From Diadema antillarum (taxonomy: Eukaryota), in NCBI RefSeq assembly GCF_040938485.1, contig NW_027271162.1, positions 558,001-622,000 of the forward strand: a stretch of 64,000 nucleotides of DNA, in the 5' to 3' direction. The translations under genes were made by a program, and so were the position numbers. The notes beneath the pieces are model-generated. The model was not told where the DNA came from. It was given only the letters and a program-made list of their open reading frames with translations, and ran no database searches. Each line of letters opens with the position of its first letter. The first letter of the stretch is position 1. This document shows, piece by piece, positions 1-10,900 of this stretch.

Positions 1-133
1 TCTCATCCAGCGAAGGCAGCACTGAAACTTCAAATATGTATAACTTTCGAATGGATCGTCCAATTTTACTCAAACTTTCACTGATGTGTTCTACTGATAT
101 TGCTGCATTTACTCGTTGAGGTGAACTTGCCCT
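1..133. mobile_element. Right end of the same Kolobok-like family (cut by window edge)
   Basis: Matches 50990-51113 (caaactttcactgatgtgttctact..ggtgaacttgccct). Confidence 0.8.
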
Positions 134-622
134 TGAAAGCATTTCTTATTTCAGTCACCCGTGTACCAGTGGTCATTTTTTTTTTTGCGATGCGTGTGAT
201 ATAACCGGCGCCAGTCTCTTGGTGTTCTGCAATTTATTATTCATTTGCAATTTTTGCTGCTTGTGATCTGCATTTTTTTTTTTCTTTTACAATCTTCAAG
301 TATCAATACCTGCAATCCTTTTACCATTATTCTACTTGTATTCTACTTGTGTAGCGCTAATATCACAGCACTGCTGTGCATTTCTACTAATGTGCCAAAA
401 TCAGTCTATTATTTGTTGACATTCAGGCAAATGTATGCAGAGACACAAACTACATATGTATTATATGCAAATTTGTGCAATAGTCTTCAGTGACAAATGG
501 TCATCCCACCAGGATTGGATACCTCAGAGTTAACAGATAAAAAAGATTAAATCATACATAAAGCAGATGAATCCAAGATTCTGAAATGATGTGGAATAGT
601 GTACAGTGCCAGATCTGCAGTA

Positions 623-798
623 CAGTCAACCTTGCTAAAGTCGACCTCACATAAGTCAAATAATCGCCTAAGTCCAAAGTCTTTTCAAGCCCTCTTCTCT
701 TTATATTCTATCAAGTTTTATCCCTCATAAGTCAAATTTTCCCTAAGTCGAAGCTGTTTCTTAAGACAAAATAGTTTCGACTTGGGCAAGGTTGACTG
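623..798. mobile_element. TA-flanked MITE (Tc1/mariner/pogo-like)
   Basis: TA|CAGTCAACCTTGC...GCAAGGTTGACTG|TA. Confidence 0.85.
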
Positions 799-2199
799 TA
801 CAACCTGTAGTTTCGAAAGTGGATCATCGCATTTGCTCACTGTGCTGCCGATGTTACAAGAAATGTATAACTTGAAGGAGAGGAAGAAGAAAAAAAACTT
901 TCATATTTGTGCTTGTTCTCAATTGCAGATGTCACCAGCTCCCCTTCGAATGTCGATCAAATCGTGATATGGGGTTTCCTTCTGTGAAAAAAAAAAAAAA
1001 ATGCTCTGGCTTTTGTGGCACAAATGTTATTATTCATAGACATTATATTTGGGAACATTGGACAATTTTGCTTGTAATGTGTGACATTTGGCTTGCAGCC
1101 AATATACTGTATTGTCTTGTAATATGCTTTCTTTGTTTTGCGGCCGATGTTTTGTACTGTTGTTCATTGGGCCTTATTGTGTACATGTGTACTGGCTGTT
1201 CACAACCAACCACTGTTTATCAGCCAGAGGGTTGACTGTACAGTGCCTCCCTGTTACATACATGTCTCCATAGTAGCATCTCCTGTGCAGTAGAAAATGC
1301 ACTTTGAGGGTAGAAAACGCACATTTTACTTTTCTACCAGAATATAATTCATGCCAAGCCATGGTTACAGAGTGAAGCACTGCAAGCTGGTTTCACAGAT
1401 AGGGTCTACGTAATGTTGGAGGGATGAGTGGAATGGAGCCATTTACAAGAGTTTGTATTTTTTTCTACACCAGTTTGACTGGGCCGATTCTGTCAACTAG
1501 ATGAGAGCAGACATCGTTTTTCACGGTGTTCCTTCTGTATTGAACAGTAAAAATGCCTGTTGTGGTTGAAGACCAGGTAGCGTGGGTACACCATGTAATG
1601 GGAAGACTGGCCCGACTCAGATACAGTATACCAGTATTCCAGAATCCCTTGTAATGAATTGTTTGCAGCTTCTAGTGCAGTACGCACACAGTTGATAAGT
1701 GCTGACTGGAGTTGAACATTACCGACAAGCGTATGCCTTGTTGCACATATTCACTAAACGGCAGTTCTATCCTAGTTGGCTTGCACTAGTCGAGGTTCTA
1801 GATTATACCCTGGTGGGCAGCGAGTGAAGATTGTTTCAATCGAGGCCAACCTTCCCACCACACAGCCTTCCGATGCTACCTTGTGTTATTAGTGAGTTCC
1901 TGCGAGAGTGGCAAGTTACATACACTGGACGCAAATGACACACACAGTAGTACAAGGGGCTCAGTCATTGAATGTTTATATAGAAAGCTATATTTTATCT
2001 ACATATAATATATCAAAAGCCAGCATGAACAAGATAAGCATGTAACCAAGGATTAATACAAGTGTGTGCAGAATTTTCAATACGTAGCTCGTTCCTCCAC
2101 GTAGTATTAAAAATTATTAGACATCTGATTCTCACACAGCAAAATTATTTGATTAGTGTGGAGTATCACATTTCTTTTTTTCTGAAGAACTGTACATGT

Positions 2200-3110
2200 A
2201 TTATATCTCGACTGTATTGACTTTATTGCACAGTTATTGTCTTTATTACATTCTCCATGAGAATAAATTTGATTCCTCCATGTGTATGTGTGTTCCTACC
2301 TATGCTACTTACTCTGGTTTTGGTCTCTTAATATCTACAAATGTATTTGTCTCCTTTGTATTTGTGAAGAAATGGATAAAGATATCTGAAACATTTTAAC
2401 ACAAGCATTGCAGAAATTTTGTCATTTTTATGCAACATTTCAGAGGCTTTCTCACAATAACTTTACCTCAAAACAGGATGGAATGTTTAAAAAGCTCAAA
2501 TCAAAGAAGTATATCATCTGTACAATGTAATTTCTTCATGACAGACATCACCCTGTTTGCTAGAATATCTCCTCCTACTTGATTTGCAGGTAATTTTGGT
2601 TCCATTCATAATAATTCTTCTGCAACTTTGATTTCCAAGTGACCAAAAAGTCAAAAAGTATATGACTAGAATTTACCAAATTATTTGTGCCTACTCAGTT
2701 CACTTGAAGACCAATGTATGGCCATTGTTGCATTGATATACACTGTATTTCTCTTGATGTAAAACACATTTGTACAAAAACAAATTATACATCTTAATCT
2801 GAATGTATTCAAGAAGTATGATACAATTCTCAGGGGTAAACAAACCAGGATGGTGTGTCTTTATGATGAGGCTGTGTTCAATGACTTATAATTTATTCTC
2901 AATTCCTTGTCCCTACAGAAAGCAATACAGGACTGTCATGATGTTTTCATACATTTTGTACATGCCAACCAAAAAGCTGTGTGTAGTTCAACTCTACATG
3001 TGTTCAAAGTGTGCATTAATGCTGTACATCTAATCATTAATGATAACATAAAGTGTAATACGTGGATTGAAGACGGACTCAATATTATCTGTTTATAAAG
3101 TTTGTAATGT
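2200..3110 (+). pseudogene. Heavily decayed LINE (CR1/L2-like) 3' ORF2 fragment
   Basis: Broken frames give ..NLPNYLC.., FSIPCP.. and KAVCSSTLHVFKVCIN, resembling the LP..V..SSL..FK..L terminus of LINE ORF2. Many stops. Confidence 0.4.
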
Positions 3111-3640
3111 ATCTCCTTCACTGCATTCTCCCTTTTGTGTATGTTGTATAATTGGTTGATAAGATCGCTAATTTCATGCTCATTTGTTCATTCATTTGTT
3201 CCTGTTCACCTTCTGTACTTGTGTACGAGTACACATATGTATTTATTACTAAGATGCAGGTGAGATATAATGATATAGATTGATGTACATGTATGTATAT
3301 TTTGATCGCTAGATTGGAATGACATTCCCTCTAATTGCCATTCAATCAATGTAAAAAACATGATGTGCCTGTTTATATATAATTCAAATAAATTTCTAAT
3401 GTCAGTAATGAGTTGTGGTCGACATTTTCATTTGATGTGACAGAAATATACAGAAATGATATAAAACAACATGATCTAACCCTTTGGTTCACTACATTGG
3501 TTGGACCATGATAAAAAACTTTTTCATCATGTGCGAGAAATACTCAAGTCAACAACTAAGGCCGTTTACAAAGTTCTCATTCTTACAATGAACTTTCCCC
3601 CATAGCTGGTGAGTAGATGTACATATAAGAACAGTTTACC

Positions 3641-3839
3641 TACTGTACGAGCTGAAATTTTCGCATACAGATATTTTCGTGAATTGCTACTTGGAGGACA
3701 TTTTCGCATGTTGTTAATTTTGCGGTTGCGAGGGTCTAACTGAACTTAGTTATTCGGGCGTTGTTATTTTCGCGGTTCAAAGGCGATTCGCGAAATTCAC
3801 GAAAATAAAACCACCGCGAAAATTTCAGCTCATACAGTA
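3641..3839. mobile_element. TACTGTA..TACAGTA MITE
   Basis: TIR tactgtacgagctgaaattttcgc / gcgaaaatttcagctcatacagta. A degenerate relative lies at ~20743-20883. Confidence 0.85.
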
Positions 3840-4859
3840 TCCCATGTGCTAAACAAACACCAAACAAAACCTACTCGCCCATAAATAACAACTTTTCACA
3901 CAAGTTCCTGTGTCACTTTGACCTATGGCCTCAACAATATAAATGGACTCAGAAATTTATGAACAACCATTTACATGAACTGTAGTAGACCTTTAAACTT
4001 TATGTGAGACAACTAGAAACCTCTTGTAATATATGAAAGAGCATACAATTCTAAGGGGAATTCAAAGTTTATCTGATGAAAATCAGCTTTGATCTGGCCG
4101 AGATATAAAAAAACAGAGTAAAATCAAAGTGGTCCTAATGAAAGGGGGGTCCCACCTTTCATCAGTATCCCTCTCTCTCTTTTATTTTTAATACTCGGCC
4201 ATTTAAAAACCAATTTCCATCAAATTATCTTTGAATAATTACAGTCAGTTGGAACTCCATCCATTAAGCAGCCTTGTTATAACCAATGCTGGTCTCTCTG
4301 TTCTGCTACTGTTGATTTGCAATTTTTGCTATTTCTGACCTGCATACATGTTTATTTTTGTAATTGTTCTCTTCTACAATCTTCACTTGGTTAGCAAAAG
4401 ACTACCACGGGGTAGCAATCTTCACTTGGTTAGCAAGAGACTACCACGGGGAACCTCGCTATATAACAAGCTACAATGTACTTGGGACTACTGAAATTTC
4501 AGCCTCGTAACGAGTATCTCACCAAATCATGAATAGACAAAAGACTAAAAAGAGCAATAGGACCTTGTTATATCAGGTATCCTACTACAGTACATCCGAC
4601 CTCGTTATGACGAGGTTCCACTGTACTGCACTAAACTTTGGATACACTTGGCACCCCCTCTGGCTCGGAACTGATAGAACTGATATTCAATATAACCTTG
4701 ACGATCATAAAAGTGACTACAATTACCGATGAAGGGTACAAATGGGCAATAGCATGATGCAAAAATCATGTGCTGCTCTCGGTTTCGAACAGTCTCAATA
4801 TTCTGTGGGAAACGAGGGAGCCACATTGAGCGTTTTGAGCGGGGGCAACGTCGGGATCA

Positions 4860-4928
4860 TCATCTCATGAAGGCCGACGCTACACTTCCCGGACCGCGTC
4901 GCTGCGAGTGGCAGATCAGACAGTGAGT
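4860..4928 (-). CDS. VPS41: VPS41 exon 25, coding part (THCLICHSQRRGPGSVASAFMR*)
   Basis: Polypyrimidine tract plus cag acceptor; final CxxC of the RING and RGPGS; tandem TGA TGA stops. Confidence 0.94.
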   Translation of the reverse strand, partial: THCLICHSQRRGPGSVASAFMR

Positions 4929-7900
4929 CTGTAAGGGAAAGAGAGACGATGCAAACACAACAATAATGATTACAGTTTTCTTGACAACATCAATTTACAT
5001 TAAATGGACTGTTTAGTTGGCAGACGCCCTCATGAGCACATTCTGCAGTGTAGGGTTCCATGCACACATGCATATAAAAGATTTGTTTTGTGTTTGCTTT
5101 TTTTTAATGAAATTGTCAATTGTCTCTGAATGACTGCATAAGGAGAAGCCTGGGCTCCATATGTTTTGTAGCAAATGTAGCAAATACTTTAATATCCAAG
5201 AAAAAAAATGGTGTGTGGTCAACCAGCATTCACTGGGGCTCATACATCTTTTTTTTTTTTTTTTAAATTTAAAACATTGTCCATGATATTACGTTTTTTT
5301 AACGTGTCCTCTCTTTCATACATCAGCAATATAGCTGATGGAATGTGTTAGAGGTGCCAATGCACACTCAATAATTCATGCATATTTTGCACTACTCTTG
5401 GCTCAATGGAGTAGATTTTAACCATGAAGTTTATATTTCAACCATCTTGGAGAGTTCAGGTCCATGAGGGTTTGTTGTGCAATTTGTGAACATTCAAAGT
5501 GCTGTCAATAAAGTGNNNNNNNNNNNNNNNNNNNNNNNNNNNNNNNNNNNNNNNNNNNNNNNNNNNNNNNNNNNNNNNNNNNNNNNNNNNNNNNNNNNNN
5601 NNNNNNNNNNNNNNNNNNNNNNNNNNNNNNNNNNNNNNNNNNNNNNNNNNNNNNNATTTGGGATGCCCACAATTTTTCTTTTATCATGGCTACTAGGCCA
5701 TGGGGTGAAGCTGAAAAAGAGGCTTAGAAAATGGGTTTCGTTCCAGCAACACTGGCACTACTTTCTGAATGCGGAAATGTGATGTTTTGTACATCCTAAA
5801 TATACTGTAAAAAGTTCTCCTCGAAATATCCTGCAGTTTTTGCGAAAATCCATATTTTATCAACTGCGACCAGCAGCCCAATACACATATCGTAATGGGG
5901 CTGCGGATTGTAGCATTTAGGATCATGACAGGGAAGTATCGCGGACAAATGTCAACCTTAAATCGAACAAAAATTCTTCAATTTGAAGACTTACAAGTAA
6001 GGTTGAAGTATTGACAACAGGGTTCGTGCAAGGTTTGGTTCTACATATAGTCATTTTTTGTTCGATTTGATGACTTAATATGACTAGGTCGAGAGGAATC
6101 TGGGAGAGCTACGCTGAATTGACGGTCAGCGCAGGCGCACACATCACTGCGCACAAATTTCGTATCCATTGACTGGATATTAGATGTCTGTGTGTGCATG
6201 CGCTGGCCGTCAATTCAGTGTAGCTCTCCCAGTTTCCTCTCGACCGAGCCACATTTAGTCATCAATTTGAACAGAAAGGAACTATTTGCAGAAGCAAACC
6301 TTGCACGAACTCTGTTATCAATACTTCAAATTTATTAATAAGTCTTCAAATTGAAGATTTTTTCCCGATTTTAAGTTGATATTTGTCCGCGATAAAATAT
6401 TCGTCATGATCCTGTATGCTACAGTTCACAGCCCCATGACGCTATGCGTATGGGGCTGCTGGCCGCAGTTATGCGTATGGGGCTGCTAGCCGCAGTTATG
6501 CGTATGGGGCTGCTAGCCGCAGTATAGTTCCCATAGTGTTTCTCAGCTGAAATGCATATACACATTTGTAAAGCACTGCTTTTAGCCATATACCTAGAAA
6601 AAAAAGTGAAGTTTTGGTTTAATAGTAGCATTATATCTCATGTTTCAGCTTTTCCTGATGCTGGCTATGCAAAGGAGGACAAGAGCAAAGTGGTTCAAGA
6701 CCATATGAGAGAGAGCACTGACTGACCGTCAGAGGTCAAGGCAAATGCCTTATATTCTGTTCAAAGACATGTTATTAATCAAATGACTAATCATTCAAGG
6801 CAAAAAAAGAGAAAAAAAATCAGTGTGTTTGTTTGTGTGTGTGTCCGTGTGCATGTGGGAGAATCTTATTGTACACACACACACACACACACACACACCC
6901 TCACATGCACACACACATACGCACACACATAGTTATGAAGATTCAATATACCCAAGTGTATTAAAATATTATTCTTCATGCCTTGGCCATTTATCACATC
7001 AGCATCATAAAAAAGATTATCATAAACATGAACACACACAATGATATAATACATGTACTGATCAGTGCATTACACATACACAGGTGCATAAAAACGCTGA
7101 CATATATACACTCACACGCACACATACAAACTCATTTACACACATGAGACATTACTATTAAACAGATCATATTGTTTATCAGTAAACATGTTTTTCTTTT
7201 CTTCTTCTTCTTCTTCTTCTTAAGAAGCTTTAATATACTTAGATCACATAGTAATCACGTTGTTCATGAAATATTATACATTACTTTAGCACTAGAAAAT
7301 TTAATCTTCATAAAATTTCCTGAAGTTTTCATTGCTATCATTAGGTTACAACATGGTGGGACACTACCTCCTTTCATGTAAGATAGCTCAAAATGATAAT
7401 CAGTCAAATTTTCTAGTTTTAATAAATTTCCTGGAACATTCCATGGTCCAAATATCCTTGAAAGGGTGTAAAAGTTTTGAAAAATGCCAATACATAAAAT
7501 AAAGGCAAAATTATAGTTTACCCATTCATGAGTGAAAACTGTTGGATTCTGCATTGGAGGCAATGTGTACCTGAAAATCTTGGAGAGAATAAAACAGGTT
7601 TGGCATTAAAAATTATGATAACATTGCAATTAACATCCAATATCAGAGGATCTGTGCAAACCTGACTCAACTTATGCACAATTTTCATTTGGCTGGTGTG
7701 TATTAGTTTTAGCAAACTGATTTTGTACTCACACCTACATTGTACTGACCTTTCTACATGAACATTCTGTTTCAGTATTAATAATACAATGTAGTTACAT
7801 ATTTTTTTCCCCAGAGTGGGAGAAACAAATTTTAATCGTAGTCATTCAGTTTTATGAAAAAAAAATCACACTTAGGAAAACATCTTTCTTCTTAGAATAA

Positions 7901-10900
7901 TTCAACCCTAATCAAATCATAATAGTGGGCAGAAATGTTTGCTAAAGGGCGAACAATCACATACTGAGGCAAGGAGTCAAAACATGTTGCATAAACATTG
8001 GCATTCAAAATACAGGAAGCAATCTGTATTACAAAGACATTTTATCATGCACAACTTTGGTAAGATGTCAATTCTTGAATATCAATCACATTGACCAAAG
8101 CATTGGTGCATATACAGTACATTCTGTTGTTTCTGAACTTTGCACTGAAGTTCTTTGTGTATGTGTGTGAATGTTTCAGTGGTGTATAGGCCTATATATT
8201 GCTCCATTTTATCAAGGACAACTTATAGTAACATGACAATGTTTTCATGCTTCAATATCAATCATATTAACCTTTTTCCCATGGCAAGTAATGAGCAGGT
8301 TGACTCTGTTGCAAATGATGCATTTCACAGGCAACACAGCAGAACCTGAAGAGCTTCCAGAAGAAAATCTTGATCTTGATGTGAGCGTCTTAGGGGAGGA
8401 AACAGATGCTCCTGCTGACGGACCAGGCTCCTCCTTCAGCTTTCGTTTCTGAGCGAGATTCAGGCGTTTGCTATCTATAAACCTCTTGTAGCACGTTTCA
8501 TGGAATCCTATTTAATACAATGGAGAAATGAACAGCAATGATTAGCCGTTGGATTTTGTTAGGGGGAAAAAAGGTTAAATGCTAGAGGGAGGGGTTGAAC
8601 ATTACACTCAATATATCATTAAATGTACGGTAGACTATTGACTGCCAATATTTGAATCTTGTAATTACCAATACACAGGCCCTAGTACTATGCCAGGTAA
8701 TCATTAACACCTCATGATCATTGTCATCATCAACTACTTCAACTTGTACTTGCAGTGCAATTACTGATTTTAGATTACATCTACAGCTTTCAGCACCTGA
8801 TCACATGCAATATCAATTATCATAATTATGAATACAACTGCCTTATCATCATTAATCCTAGTAATCCTTGGCCTTTCACTATCACCACCACCCACTGCTT
8901 TATAGTTTGGCACAACATAATGGTAATCAGATGTTTTAGGGAGTTTAATTGTTGCAATTATGTTATTGTCATTGTTGGTCTTTTAGATCTATTTATATCA
9001 AATATTAATAAGTTTAATTTAATGAGATGCTAAATGTGTGTTTTGAGGGAGGATTCGCCAATTTCGGGGTGAGAGAAACAGGATGGATTTTTAATATTAA
9101 TACTCCATGGCCATGATTATGAAAATATAAATTTACATGCAGTTTAGACCTTTTTCAATCCAGTCCTGTGTGTCAAGACTTTTACAAAACAACATCACCG
9201 ATCAGCTACATCAACCTAACCTGGGCTGTACATAGAACAACATGTAAAATTACATCTAGGCCTAGGCGACATTTTATAACGGCGCTATGCCATGCCAAGG
9301 TGAAATTCAAGATAATTTATCTAAGTAACAGACACGCTAACGGCTAAGCTACCGCATTAGCGCTCATTATAACATACACAAGCAACGTTCATAACATAGC
9401 TATTAAACGTTGTACAATTGTACTTGTAGTCATCATGGTCATTAACATTATGAGTGAGACTGCACTGCAGTGTCGACTGCTACGACTCGACTGTACGCAC
9501 GTAAACTAACCTGTAAATTATCCTACTACGTAGGTTGCAGTCAGTCCCCCTGAGCAGCTGAATCACTTCGTTCTGGTCTGCGATTTCACGGTCTCCCCCA
9601 CTCAGTTTGATCCACTCTTTGGCACACAAAATAGGTTTCGTCTATCTTAGGTTTGTCATAGCCGTGAAATTTTCAAACTTCATCGATATTACATGCATAA
9701 TAACGCATTAAGTTTCGGCTGAGCAGACGACGTAGACGCGTCGACAGGCTCACAGGGGGCGGCCATTTTGACTCGTAAACAATAATTCTCGATTCGGATT
9801 GGATAACATACATCACATGATCGTTCGCGAATGAATATCGTACACGGCAAAGTGTACATATTCAGCTCCTCAGTGACAAAAAAGTTCACTGTTTCCCCCT
9901 AAATTACCAAAATACTGCAGGAGGGTTTGTGTCGAACTTTTTCCTGTAGCCTTTTTGGTTATTTGTTTACACGTAGCTGTGGAGAAATTTTAGTGCCGCA
10001 GTTGTCGGAACGAAACAAGCGAAAAAACCAGCTCACCCCATGGCCTATACCGCTAAAACACTGAATAATTGGTGCTTATTTATGTTGATGAAGGGCAATT
10101 TGTCAATTAGTTGCAATATAAACTGGATGCAAGAATTCAAATAAAGGGCAATAAACATCATCTATATTTTGTCAACTTGGCTGTTTCCGCTGTCAAGCGT
10201 AAGCTTATAGGTTACAGCCTTTATCTGCAGTTGCTCCCCTTAGATTGTACCTTTAAATTGTTTTTCTCTATTATCAAAGTACAGTGTACTTGTATAAAAT
10301 TATTGTCAATATTTTGTATCAATCAAGTTTATTACTTCATTAAAAATCCTATGATTTGTACAAAAGAAAAGTATATCTGTATACTACATTTGCCATAAAA
10401 TTGCAGAAATAAATATCAAAATATCAAAATATCAAAATATCAAATATCAAATATCAATCAATTTACCATGTTCTGTGACAGAAGGCATTCTTCATGGAAG
10501 GTGTGGTGGCAGTAGAAGACCACTGTCACTGGGGGCGGCTCTGAGAAGAAGAAAGAAAAAGATACTCCTCATGAAGTAATACTGGCATCATCACATTGGG
10601 ATAAATAGAATTGTGGCAAAAGATACTTGCCTGTTCTGGCTACAACAAAAATGTCCGTTTTGTATGAGGATGTAGGAGAAAACAGAGCAATACAGTGTAG
10701 ATAGACAGACAGATAGAAGGACAGACAGATAGGTAGATAAATCCAAAGATATAGCTGGGTTCTGGACAGATAGGTACACTGTAGATAGACAGATAGATAT
10801 ATTGATGGTTCCAAGACATTTGCTCTTATAGAATATCTGCAGGCTAAGCCACACATAAACTCTACCCGCAAACATAACCCTAATTTAACCCTAATCCTAA

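Larger units (their letters stand above)
5694..10046 (-). mobile_element. Academ-like DNA transposon, internally deleted and decayed, in VPS41 intron 24
   Basis: Inverted ends TAGGCCATGGGGTGAAGCTG (5694) and CAGCTCACCCATGGCCTA (10046). A second inverted block gtttcgttcc..caac..ggcacta lies ~45 bp inside each end. TAC flanks both ends. Internal decayed spliced ORF. The element is well supported; the superfamily assignment rests on termini and TSD length as I recall them. Confidence 0.75.

Noticed and set aside
5280-5515. Possible LINE reverse-transcriptase fragment (minus; ..IECALAPLTH..)
   Set aside because: Too short and stop-ridden, and cut by the gap; cannot be supported without a search.
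6419-6631. ORF with CICISAEKHYG as a possible last VPS41 exon
   Set aside because: It derives from the 27-bp tandem repeat inside the transposon; the true last exon (CLIC..RGPGS) is at 4860-4928.
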